From: Octopus vulgaris
Lineage: Eukaryota
Direction of reading: 5' to 3'
Length of the DNA: 64,000 nucleotides
NCBI GenBank assembly: GCA_951406725.2
Contig: OX597831.1
Coordinates: forward strand, 1,302,001 to 1,366,000
This document shows positions 26,413 to 38,577 of this stretch, piece after piece (within the stretch, counting starts at the first letter, position 1; each line of letters starts with the position of its first letter). A program made the position numbers and the translations under genes. The notes under the pieces were generated by a model that was not told where the DNA came from, did not search any database, and saw only the letters and a program-made list of their open reading frames with translations.

Positions 26413-27317
26413 ATGTGAGAGTGTGCACCTTGTTTTGACATCAGATGATGGTTGTAAATGAGTATACATGTGGAGTTATTTGTTTCCAGTCTTCTATATA
26501 AAAACATGTTCAGCCATGGGAAAATATTATCATACTTAGAAACAGGTGAGAGCTGGTGAAAAAAGGAAGGACATCCTACCAGAGGAAATCTGCCTCACCA
26601 AATTCCATCTGACACATGCGAGCATGAAAAAGTGGACATTCAATGATGATGATGATGATGGTGATATGCATGTATGTATGTATGTATGTATGTATGTATG
26701 TATGTATGTATGTATGTATGTATGTATGTATGTATGTATGTATGTATGTATCTTTCACCCATTCTGATAGTCAAATCAGCATACTGTTGATCAACAATAT
26801 GTCCTGGTATTTGGTTACCTCTCTTAATACCAAGGCCAACTTTATCATTACATCTGCATATGGTCGATAAAAAATAAGTACCAGACAAAGTACTAGAATC
26901 AATATAATCAACCAAAATACATGAAGTCACATGTCGCAATAAATGAAACCAGAAATAATAGAAATGAATATAACAATGTATGAGTTTCTTAATATTTAAT
27001 ATGATTCTGTCACTTGTTTTAGATTCAGCCAATAAATCCCATACCAAATAAATACAATTATATTTTTATCCTATACTTGCTAGGGAAAATGAAAATAATA
27101 TTACTTATTGACTAATTTCAGGTTTTTAAAAAAATTGCTTTTGTCTTCTTCACTGTATAATTATATGTAATTAGCTTTTTAATGCTTCATTCATTAAACA
27201 TATTAATAGTTATTTAACTACTGTTTTTCATGCAGAAAATATGTTTGAATAATTTAATTTCTAAGCAATTCTATTTTGCAATGGCAAAAACTGTATAATC
27301 TTGTACATTTACTAAAA

Positions 27318-28437
27318 CTAGCAAATCTACCCATCTATGGAGGAGGCATAAAATGAGGGAGAGAAGTCATAACAGCAGTATGTATTGAGAAATGTGTAAA
27401 CAGACTTGATAGATTACTGGGTGATGTCTTAGAGAAATCACACTATTGTTGGTGAAACAGCATTCTATTGCAGCTATATGACATGTGCTTGCAACTAAGT
27501 GACATATGATGATGGTTCACATCCCAACTGAAATAGGCTCCCAGCATCTATATCATGAATGGTTAGGTGGACCACTCCTAATGAAAGCCAGAGCTTCCTT
27601 CAACCACTACATAAAAAGTATTAAGAAAAAAATGTTATTTAGATATACTTTTATTTTAGTTGTTTACACTATTTTACACTTGTTTATACTCTTATACATT
27701 TAAAGATCACAAATTTCCTTATCTAAATTATGAATCATATTCCTTTCGATAATATCAATATGATTACAAATCTTCTTAGTAGACGATATTTTCTGTTTGG
27801 TCAACACTAATTTTCAAATTACTGGAATCTGTTGCTCTACTCATAGTGACCTACATGATCCAAAGTCTGTCCCTGTGCCTTGTTTGCTGTGAATGTGCGA
27901 GCAGAATCTTTAGGGCTGCAAAAAATCAAACTAAGACTTACTTCCCACTCTTCTACGTGTATAATGTTTGGATGTAATGGTAACATGGATTATTTTGATT
28001 GACAAAACTGAGATGTAAACAATAGCCGCTTCGATTAGCTGTTTTGAATCCTGCTCAAGACTGACACATTTCAATAGCCACTAAATAATCACACATACTA
28101 AATACTGACAAACACTTTTTTCCATTTTATTTTTGCTATTAACCATCCTCTCGATCCCCTTCATACCTATGATGGGGCCCCGAACTATACAATGAAAATC
28201 CACAGTTACTCGTGATCGGTGAATTTTTAATAAAAATGTGAAGGTGGTTTATCAATTCAAAAATTGATATCCACAAAATAATCATACTTTCTGATTTTTT
28301 AATCCTAAAAATCTTTTGGACAACTGTCGTTGTAACCTCGAAAAATATTGTAACCATTGGTCCAGCCATCTGGCTGTAAAGAGGAAATGCACAAAGAGAC
28401 GGACAGACAGATGGACATAATGCCCATTAAAGTAAGA
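27318..28437 (-). mobile_element. non-autonomous Helitron carrying a helicase C-terminal relic
   Basis: Minus strand starts TCTTACTTTAAT and ends with a decayed hairpin then GATTTGCTAG followed by T. Internal FTANKAQGQTLDHVGHY (Pif1-type motif V) and TENIVY*EDL* (Helitron C-terminus). Confidence 0.85.
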
Positions 28438-28669
28438 TAGCAAATCTGCCCATCTATGATGGGAAATAAAGGGGTCGTATTGCAAATCTAAACCCACTTT
28501 TTTAGTTTCAGATCCACTCACAAGGCTTTGGTTGGCCCGAGGTTATAGTAGAAGACACTTTCCCAAATTGCAAAGTGCCACACAGTGGGACAGAACCCAA
28601 AACCATGTGGTTGGGAAGCATGCTTCTTACCATACAGCTACACCTGTGCCCTATATCTATCTATCTATC

Positions 28670-28721
<52 letters not shown>

Positions 28722-29202
28722 TAAATATACAAGCACATTGTCTAAAATTGAAATGAAACAACAGCAAGCAAAGGTTGATCAAATTTTTAACACAAAGTGT
28801 GTGTGTGTGTATGTATGTATGTATGTATGTATGTATGTATGTATGTATGTATGTATGTATGTATGTATGTATGTATGTATGTATGTATGTATGTATGTAT
28901 GTATGAATGTATGAATGTATGTATGTATGTATGTATGTATGTATGCATGCGTGTATGTAATGTCTGTCTGTTTATATTTATATTGGTTTCCGTCTGGTGT
29001 AGTTTGTGTATGATAGTCTTGGTTGAGACAGCTGATACCAAGCACCTGCAATGTCTTCATTTTATTATAATAAAACCGTTTTAAATACATACATATATAT
29101 ATAAGTAGGCCTTCAACCCCAATTAGAAATCAATATATATATATATATCAATGTATGCATGTGTGTATGTGTGGGTGTATGTATGTGTATATATATATAT
29201 AA

Positions 29203-29845
29203 TCATCATCAGCATCATCGTTTAATGTCCATTTTCTATGCTGTCATGGGTTGGATGTTGTGACTGAGGACTGGCAAGCCAGTAGGCTGCACTTGGCTCC
29301 AATCTGATCTGGCATGGTTTCTACAGCATGATGCCCTTCCTAATGCCAACCACTCCGAGAGCATAGTGGGTGCTTTTTATGTGCCACCAGCATGAGAACC
29401 AGTCGGGTGGCACTGGCATCTATCACATTTGGATGGTGCTTTTTACATGCCACTGGCATAGGAGCCAGTCGGGGGGGCACTGGCATCAACCACATTCGGA
29501 TGGTGTTTTTTACATGCCACTGCACAGGGAGCTAGTCAGGCGGCACTGGCATTGACTCATGGCTGAATGATGCTTATTAGGTGCCACCACCACAGGTGCT
29601 AGTCAGGCAGCATTGTCATCAGCCACAACCATGATTTCGATTTTGATTTTACATAACTCAATAGGTCTTCTCAAGCACAGCATATCGCCCGACGATTCCA
29701 ATGGTACTTTTAAATGGGATGGTTATGCAACACTGTTATCGGCTCACTTTACTTGCCGGATCTTCTCAATCACAGCATGTCTCCAAAGGTCTCAGTCTCT
29801 TGTCATTGCCTCTGTGAAGGCCCAATGTTAGAAGGTCGTGCTTCT
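29203..29845 (-). mobile_element. SINE family C, long form with internal ~65-bp tandem units
   Basis: Tail as in other C copies; a TGCCACTGGCA..CAGTCGG..GCACTGGCAT..GGATGGTG unit occurs about 4 times at 29380-29630. Confidence 0.8.
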
Positions 29846-29888
<43 letters not shown>

Positions 29889-29980
29889 CAACAATTGAGG
29901 GTAAAATTAATTAATTAATCAATTTCACCAAGTATTCAGTATGCAAAGGGACCATTTAAGGCGAATTCAAATTATTACAT

Positions 29981-30220
29981 TATATAAAAGGGCTTAGTAA
30001 ATAAATTACTTTGCGATACTGAACTCATTAGAAATAGCAGCTAAAAAACTTTTTAAAACTATTTCCAATACTTAAGAAAATCTCTCTCGTATAGTGTTTG
30101 CTCGAGCAAACACTATACGAGAGAGATTTTCTTTAAGTATTGGAAATAGTTTTAAAAAGTTTTTTTAGCTGCTATTTCTATAGTTCAGTATGCGGCAAAG
30201 TAATTTATTTTATGCCCTTT

Positions 30221-30225
<5 letters not shown>
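29981..30225. repeat. ~245-bp near-perfect palindrome with no spacer
   Basis: Centre CTC|GAG at 30103/30104; TCTCTCTCGTATAGTGTTTGC pairs with GCAAACACTATACGAGAGAGA; arms extend to TATATAAAAGGGC / GCCCTTTTATATA. Confidence 0.92.
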
Positions 30226-30251
<26 letters not shown>

Positions 30252-30264
30252 GTATATAGACATA

Positions 30265-30309
<45 letters not shown>

Positions 30310-30336
30310 ATATGTATATATATATATATTATATAT

Positions 30337-30397
<61 letters not shown>

Positions 30398-30419
30398 AAT
30401 ATATATATATATATATATA

Positions 30420-30487
<68 letters not shown>

Positions 30488-30658
30488 TCATCATCATCAT
30501 CATCGTTTAACGTCCGTTCTCCATGCTAGCATGGGTTGGACGGTTTGACCGGGATCTGGGAAGCCAGAAGGCTGCACCAGGCTCCAGTCTTATCTGGCAA
30601 TGTTTCTACAGCTGGATGCCCTTCCTAACGCCAACCACTCCGTGAGTGTAGTGGGTGC

Positions 30659-30724
<66 letters not shown>

Positions 30725-30725
<1 letters not shown>

Positions 30726-31082
30726 TACTCTTTTACTCATTTCAGGTATGCGGCCGTGGTGATGCTGGAACACCACCATGGTCTTTCTGACTTCATCAGT
30801 CTGGGTGCTTCACATCACCACTCCTGTATGTGCCATTATACCAGCTGCCCTCGTCTGTACCTCACGTCGGCCTGTTGGTTCATTTAATATTGCGGAGAGG
30901 AAGATGTCTAGTTCTTTTTTGAAGACAGCTCCTTCCACCTTATGCAAATTTCTTAATTTTTGTGGCAGGGTATTGAAGAGTTGTGAGCCTTTGAACCCTA
31001 GACTATTGCAGTACCTGGCCCTGAATTTAGATGGAGTGGATGGTACCTTTGGTACAATACAATAGTGGCCAGCTTTGGCATT
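30725..31082 (-). mobile_element. CR1/L2-like LINE 3' end
   Basis: Open peptide CIVPKVPSTPSKFRARYCNSLGFKGSQLFNTLPQKLRNLHKVEGAVFKKELDIFLSAILNEPT, then 3' end GGTGGTGTTCCAGCAT..GGCCGCA..CTGAAATGAGTAAAAGAGTAA. Confidence 0.85.
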
Positions 31083-32261
31083 TGTATAACACACATACAC
31101 ACATACATATATATATGTATGTATGTATGTATGTATCTATGTATGTATGTATGATTATGTGTGTGTGCGTATATATATATATACTCTTTTACCTGTTTCA
31201 GTCATTTGACTGCGGCCATGCTGGAGCACTGCCTTTAGTCGAGCAAATCAACCCCAGGACTTATTCTTTGTAAGCCTAGTACTTATTCTATCGGTCTCTT
31301 TTGCAAGCTACTTACCACACAGCCACTCCTGCACCTATATATATATATATATATATTGTATATGTGTCCTTCTCCAGTGAAGAACATATCACTCAACATA
31401 GACTATATCAGCAATTTTAGGATAGTAACAGCAAGATGGAATGAGAAACATTAAATAATCTGAAGAAGGAAAGCATATAAACTGAAAAATCCTTTGATCA
31501 GGTGTAGGTTCAAAGAAGTATTAGTTGATGCATATGATGAGAGGAGAAAGAGGAAGCATAGAGGAGAAAGACAACTAAGTGTTTTTATGAGATAACTTGC
31601 TGCAAGCAACAGGCCACATCTGTGGATGGAGTAAAGTTTCAACCATTATGAAGGTGACATTGTGTTGGAATAATATAGTAGTTACAGCCATAAAAACCAA
31701 GAGACAGGCCTAGAAAGATTGAAAAAAGGAGAATAGCAAGACCCAATCTCAGGTTACTAAAACAGATATAAGATTCTAAGTATACCTAACATGGAGAGAA
31801 ACTAAAAAAAGGGGCTTGGTAATGCTCTGTAATGAGACAATTGGAAATATGAGATGTTCTGGATTTCAAGCAATGATGTATTAGTATGAATCAAGACATT
31901 TTGGGAGAAAATGATAACTGTGCTCTTGCCATCAATGATACTGAGAAGAAAGAACAATGGAGTTCTTCGTATAAGAAGTAGCTGAGTCTAGAGAATCTAC
32001 AAGAATGAGAGGGTCTACTCAAAGTGGATCTAACACAGGTAGCAGCTACATTAGTTGACAACCATACTGCTGAAAGTGCAGATAGCCAGAATAATGGAAT
32101 AGATAAGGTAACAAAGGTATTATTTTTCAGAATAAAGGGCAGGATCTATAAGCCATTGTATCTAATGCAATATTGCAGGATCATGAAATATGAGCATTGA
32201 ATATGGAAGATGTGAGAAGGCTAGAAAGAAATGAAGCAAACATACTTCACTGAATAATAAT

Positions 32262-32462
32262 AATAGTGCTCATGGGAACTGCCCATATCCTACGTAAAAT
32301 ACTGTCAATGTAATCTCAAATTTTAAAACAAACTTATAATTTTCTTGTTTTCTTAAACATTCTCTAGAACAATACTTTGTGCAAAACCAAATATATGGCA
32401 CCCTAGTCATAATACCAACTTGAACTTCTAACTTGTTCAAATGCAAAGCAAAAGTCAAACAT
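32262..32462 (+). mobile_element. R4/Dong-like non-LTR element, extreme 3' end
   Basis: IVLMGTAHILRKILSM* then a UTR, between (AAT)n and (TAC)n/(AAT)n. Confidence 0.7.
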
Positions 32463-32510
32463 ATACTACTACTACTATAACTACTACTACTACTACTACT
32501 ACTATTAACG

Positions 32511-32565
<55 letters not shown>

Positions 32566-32567
<2 letters not shown>

Positions 32568-33208
32568 GATATAAGTATCTAGGGATTTTGGAATACAACA
32601 AAATCAAGAAAAGTGAAATGAAGGAAAGCTTTAGGCAAGAATATCTCAGAAGAATCAAATTAATTACGGGAAGTGGGATTAATTATAGAAAAAACAAGAT
32701 CAGGGCAATGAGCACATGAGCAGTTTCCATAAAGTGATATGACGCAGGTGTTATTAGGAGGACAAAGAACAAGCTTTGAGGAAAATGACAGGAAGACCAG
32801 AAAAATGATGACAATTAACAAGGAACTGCACCCCAAAGGCAATACTGACAGGTTGTATCTATCTAGGAATAGGAGAAGAAGAAACCTCATAGGATGCAAG
32901 ATCTGTGTTGTCAATGAGAAGAACAGTCTGGGATGGTACACCAAACAGCAGCGTAAATCCTTGCTTGCTGCTGTTAAAATTAGCAATACAATACCTACTG
33001 AAAGTGTGATGCCCCCAAAACTGCTCTGCTGGGTACAGCTAGGATTTTGAGATTGGTACTTGGATGTTGAATGTCTTCCACGATAATTAACAACCAAGTA
33101 TCAAAGCTTATGTGTGGAAAGAGACCTTGTGAGACCTCTGACAGCAGGCTGTTGTCCACTCTCACAGAATCTACCAGAACAAACAAGACCGAGTGCTCTG
33201 AGAAATAA
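32566..33208 (+). mobile_element. R4/Dong-like non-LTR fragment, internally deleted
   Basis: GYKYLGILE..EYLRRIKLI..; DRKTRKMMTINKELHPKGNTDRLYLSR; jumps to KTALLGTARILRLVL. Begins directly after (AAT)n. Confidence 0.85.
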
Positions 33209-33629
33209 AGCAATAATAATGATGATGACGACGCCGCCGACACCGACACCACCACCGCCGATGATGATAGCAATGATAATAATGTACAAAAAATGGAACC
33301 TGAATGAACTGAAAAAGTTGGTAAAAAGGAATTAGACATAGCATACAAGAGAGAGGAGTGAGCTGGTATGGACATGTGATGCAAATAGTGAATGAAAAAT
33401 GAGTAAAGAGATGTCAAGTATACTACTTGATGGAAATTTGTGGAAGAGGAAGACCAAGTAAGATGAGGGAAAGAGTGATGAAAGCTGATCTCAGGAGACT
33501 GAACACCACAGACAAAATACCACAACTAGCAAGACACAATGCCAGAGAAGACCAGTCCAACACATGCAAGCATAGAAAAGTGGATGTAAAATAATGAAGA
33601 AGATGGAGATGTGCATCATTACCAAATTA

Positions 33630-33960
33630 ATATCCTATCATGTCTTGACATGTCCATTCAATAGACATTACCAATATGCATCATACAGTTGTCTCTTCTG
33701 CACACACCAGTCAATGCTATATAGGCCTACTTATATTCTCAATACACTTGTGCTCAATTTCTCATTGTACACTCTACATCTAGCAGACCATACTCAGTTT
33801 CATTCTCTTTACATTAGATCTACCGCACTCATTTCCCATGCCTGGCTCCTTACCATTGGCCATCAGACTTTCCACAGCTTCACCACTGTGATGTAAGAGG
33901 AAGTGATTGTTTTACTACCAACAAGGACTCTCAAAAATGTTTCTACTTGTTTCTTCCTCT
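33630..33960 (-). mobile_element. very decayed RTE fragment, opposite orientation
   Basis: Traces of the SQAWEMS..IDWCVQKRQL post-RT region. Confidence 0.4.
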
Positions 33961-34770
33961 ACCAATTATAATTTCACCACAACCACTTCCAACAATGAGT
34001 TGTTGTTGTTGTTTAGACCAGGGCCAGCTCTAACTTAGCAGATTTATGATCAAAGATGTTCTAGCCCTGACCAGCCTCTCTTTTTTTAGACAGTGTATTT
34101 AGGACCAGATTATCCAATGTATTCCTTCTTAAGTAAGTAAGGTATGATTTGAGAAACTAGGCTACTAATTCTAGCAGATTGAGAGACCATATAACAATTT
34201 CTCTCATTGGTTTGTCCAGCACTGAATATATCATCTAGGTAAAAGAATTACAAATTTCAGTCAAACCTGCAAGGGACCCCTATGTGGTTGCTAAATCTGC
34301 TAGAAATAGCAACTAAATTTCTCAGATATATTGCATCTTATTGTCTTAAAAAAATGACACATTAGATAGTGTTATCCAATGGGAAAATGTTGATATAGTC
34401 ATAACAGGAATGCCATTGGTAATAGGTCTGTACAATCGGGGCTGACTTGGAGCTAAGAAACAAACAACAATTTCCATTTAAATATCTGAATAATCTATAG
34501 GTTCTTATTTCAAGACAGTTATTGCTGTTCACTTTTCCTATAACGTCTAATATTTCTGAAGTAATTGTTCTTTGCCTGTCCACCAGATGTGATATGGCAC
34601 TTATTTTAAACACCCTGATTACTTACTGTGTATATATTACAGTGTCAAAACCAAGAAATAGCAGCCAGATCACCCTCAAATTTCATTCTTAATGTCTCAA
34701 AAACTGAGGGATATACTGGATATTACAGTCCTTGAAAATAAGATAGGATGATCATCTGTAATGCTTTTAA

Positions 34771-35394
34771 CCCTTTTAATACCAATCTGCCTAAAATGCT
34801 TTGGATTTATGATATAAATTTGAAGTGGTTGTGTGGTAAGTAGCTTGCTCATCAACTACATGGTTCAAGTTTCAGTCCCACTGCGTGGCACCTTGGGCAA
34901 GTGTCTTCTACTATAGCCTCGGGCTGACCAAAGTTTTGTGAGTGGATTTGGTAGATGGAAACTGAAAGAAGCCTGTCATATATATGTATATGTATATGTG
35001 TGTGTTTGTGTGTGTGTCTGTGTGTTTGTGTGTCTGTGTTTGTCCCCCCAACATCGCTTGACAACTGATGCTGGTGTGTTTACGTCCCCATAACTTAGCA
35101 GTTCGGCAAAAGAGACAGACCGATAAAATAAGCACTACACTTACAAAGAACAAGTCCTGGAATCGATTTGCTCAACTAAAGGCGATGCTCCAGCATGGCC
35201 GCAGTCAAATGACTGAAACAAGTGAAAGAGTAAAGAGTAATCTAAATTAAAAGCTTCCATCAAAATTTCCTTTTAATTTATGCTCTAAACACTAGTTTAG
35301 TAATGACAAACACATTTTACTAAATTCTTTATGATTTTCAAAATTAACTGAAACAGAGGCATGGCATTTCAACAGAAATATAACAACAAAAGAG
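34771..35394. mobile_element. piggyBac-type MITE (family P2) interrupted by a SINE A copy
   Basis: TTAA-CCCTTTTAATACC left end; body matches 41798-42018. Confidence 0.7.
34824..35238 (+). mobile_element. SINE family A
   Basis: Full head-to-tail match to the other A copies. Confidence 0.9.
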
Positions 35395-37144
35395 ATAAAC
35401 ATAAATCTACCTGATTAGGGCCAGCCTGGAGTTAAACAAGAACAACAGTACTGAGTTCCAACTAACTGTCTTCTCAGCAAAGCTACATTCTAAATGGTAC
35501 TGAAAGTATTGTATCTCTACTATTGATTAGCACTTTGGTACATGCCATGTTCAGCCAAAGTTCTTGTTCAAGAACACCTTCCAAGCTTCAAATGTTTCAT
35601 ATAGTTCTTAGATAAAGTAATGAGAATCAGATCATTTATATAAACAACCAGTATGGGAATAATTCTGTATGATTATGACAAGAACTTTAATAAATACAAG
35701 ATGACTGGAAAGACATCCTGTGTATGCCCTAATATATGCTAAATTCTTGACTTAATTCCTTGCCAATCCTGACTCTCTTTATTTCTTCCTTGCTCACCAA
35801 ACTGAAGCCTCTATAATTTCGCGTCTCTAGTTGCACCAACTTTACATATATGTTACGATTGGTAATTTGATTGCGCTGCAACTCCAATCATTTAGGAATC
35901 GCACTTTGCTGCACAATGAGATTAACTACTGAATGTGTGTATGTGTGTGTGTCTGTGTGTGTTTGTGCGTGCACGTGCGCGCTTATGCTTCGCATTTCAG
36001 TACTCATGTTTATGTGAGCAATTACAGAAGTGTGTGTATGTGCTTGTCATTAATTATGAAATTTGCTGTACCTGTGTAGTTCTGTATGTGAGAGCAGTCC
36101 CTAGACACAGGAATAGTGAAAGAGAATGAATAGGACATAAGGTAGCACTGGAGATATGAAACAGAGAGGGAGGAGGAATAGAGGAAGAGAGGTAGGGCAA
36201 GAGAGAGAGAGAATGGATAGGTAGAAAGAGAGACATAACAAACTGCAGTACTTTATTATTTTGTCTCTTCCTCTTTTTATGGTATTTATTCCATTTATCT
36301 GCCAGTTTCTTCCCTGATTATGATGTATTATAGATGTCATTTCATTTTGATGTTATTTATACTTCAAAATGAAAGTACTGTTGAACCATTGTCATGTGTA
36401 TGTATGCACACAATACATATGATATATGCACACATACAATTCTCCTCTTCTCAAATATTTTGTGCATACATTTGTGAATATTGTATGTCAATATATACTT
36501 TTACTTTCTTACAACTGAATATATCAGTGTATGTATGCATGTGTGCATGTATCTGTACGTATGTATGCAAGTGTGTGAGTATGTATGTATGTATGTACCT
36601 TTGTATCACTGTGAGAATACTTACAAATTCTTTCATAAATGTGTATGCATGCATGTACACACACACCTCTAGAGGTACACATCCCCATTTGAATGTATGC
36701 ATGTAAATATTACATGCGTATATATGTGTACACATTCTCAATGTGTATATATATATATATATCTGTGTAGTAGAAGAGTCCAAAAAATAAGTGGTATTTG
36801 TTGCCAATTTTACACATGTGTGTTTGTGTATGTCTCAGTTATACACACCTCTAAGTATACAGATGTGTGTGTATGCACATGTTTGCATTTGTGTGCATGT
36901 GATTGTACAGACTGGTGCATGTGCACGAATGTGTACGTATGGTTGTACAGAGTGCGTCCCACAAAACCCGTTGCATGATGTGAATGTCAAAAATGGCCAA
37001 ACTGACATCAGGCAATGTTATAATATTAATGTCTTCTGTATCAGTTGAAGCCAGTGTTCTGGGATAGGTGGAGGAAGAGAGGGGTGGTAGAGGTGCATAC
37101 AAGAGTGAAGGGGGGAAGGGATGAAAAACAGAAGGTAGTATAGG

Positions 37145-37432
37145 TGGGGGTGGGGGGAGGAGGAGGAGGAGGAGGAGGAGGAGAAGAAGAAGAAGAAGAA
37201 GAAGAAGAAGAAGAAGAAGAAGAAGAAGAAGAAGAAGAAGAAAAAGAAGAAGAAGAAGAAGAAGAAGAAGAAAGAGGAAAAGGAAAGAAAGAAGAGGAGG
37301 AAAAAGGAAAGAAAGACGAAGAAAAAAGAAAGAAAAAGAGGAAAAGGAAAGAAGAAGAAGAAGAAGAAGAAGAAGAAGAAGAAGAAGAAGAACAACAATA
37401 ACAACAATAACAACAACAACAACAACAATAAT
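37145..37432. repeat. (GGA)n(GAA)n polypurine tract followed by (CAA)n
   Basis: Visible; more than 230 nt purine-only on the + strand. Confidence 0.95.
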
Positions 37433-38577
37433 GGCAGCATCAGCAGCAGGAAAATGATGACAGAAGACAGAAGAGGAAAGAGAAAAAGAGAAAAAGAAAT
37501 ATGAAGGAAGTGGAATAAAAGGAAAAAAAAAATGTCTGCTGAACATTTTATTGACACTTTAGATAGGGTGTTGTATAAAAGTACAAAGCATCTCTCCACA
37601 CCTCACCACACTCCAGTACACTGCACCACACCATACCCAATTGTATCCAAGACAGAGCCACTAAGAAGTCACTCAATCTGGTAGAAATAGCAGCCAAGCC
37701 TCCCTCAAATTACATTCTACTGTCTCAAAAATATATATATATTTTTTTTTTAAATAATATAATGTAACAAAAAAACCATGTTGGATAATGTAGTCCTAGA
37801 GGGCCTTCAAAGGAGAGAATGATCCTACATCTACTGAATTAGAATCACTAAAAGCATAACTATAACACTATGGCACCAAAGGATAGGACTAAGGCATTGC
37901 TACCCCATAAAACCACAAGATTACATGAAGTCCAGGGTGTGAGAGACACGTGCCACACCTAACTACACCACCACCTATACAACAATACACTACCACCTAC
38001 ACCATACACCGCATCACAAGCTGTCATTTAAATATATAATATACACGGCACAAAACATTATACATACATCACACTTACTATACACCATACAATACACAAC
38101 ATTGCATATGTACACCACATAAGTCTTCATATCACATTTAACACACTACGTATTACGTAGCATACATCACTGCACGCATGCACACGTGCACACACACACA
38201 CTCATCACACATTATACAGCCAAACATACACCACAACTAACAACATGCATCACATCACGCATATAACACACAACATACATCATTGCATACATACACATCT
38301 ACATCCGCCATCTACTACAACTACTACTATTACTACTATTACTACTACTATTACTACTACACAACAACAACAAACTACACCACACAAGACTGCACACATA
38401 TAAACACATGCACGTCAACACGCTATACAGTTAACACAGCATGCAACATACAGGCACCACTACCATTACGACGTGTACTATAACTACTACTTTTCAAATG
38501 CAGACATGCATACAAATGCAGACAATATACTGCATCACTTCTAACTGTTATACATGCATATGCATAAATACTTACAC

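Larger units (their letters stand above)
31650..33600 (+). mobile_element. old RTE LINE remnant, internally deleted, with nested R4/Dong-like pieces
   Basis: TLCWNNIVVTAIKTKRQA; EDVRRLERNEANILH; after the insert, WYGHVMQ..GRGRP..KADLRRLN; tail CCAACACATGCAAGCATAGAAAAGTGGATGTAAAATAATGAAG. Confidence 0.75.

Noticed and set aside
36851-37599. Poly-Leu, poly-Phe and poly-Glu ORFs
   Set aside because: Translations of the (GAA)n tract.
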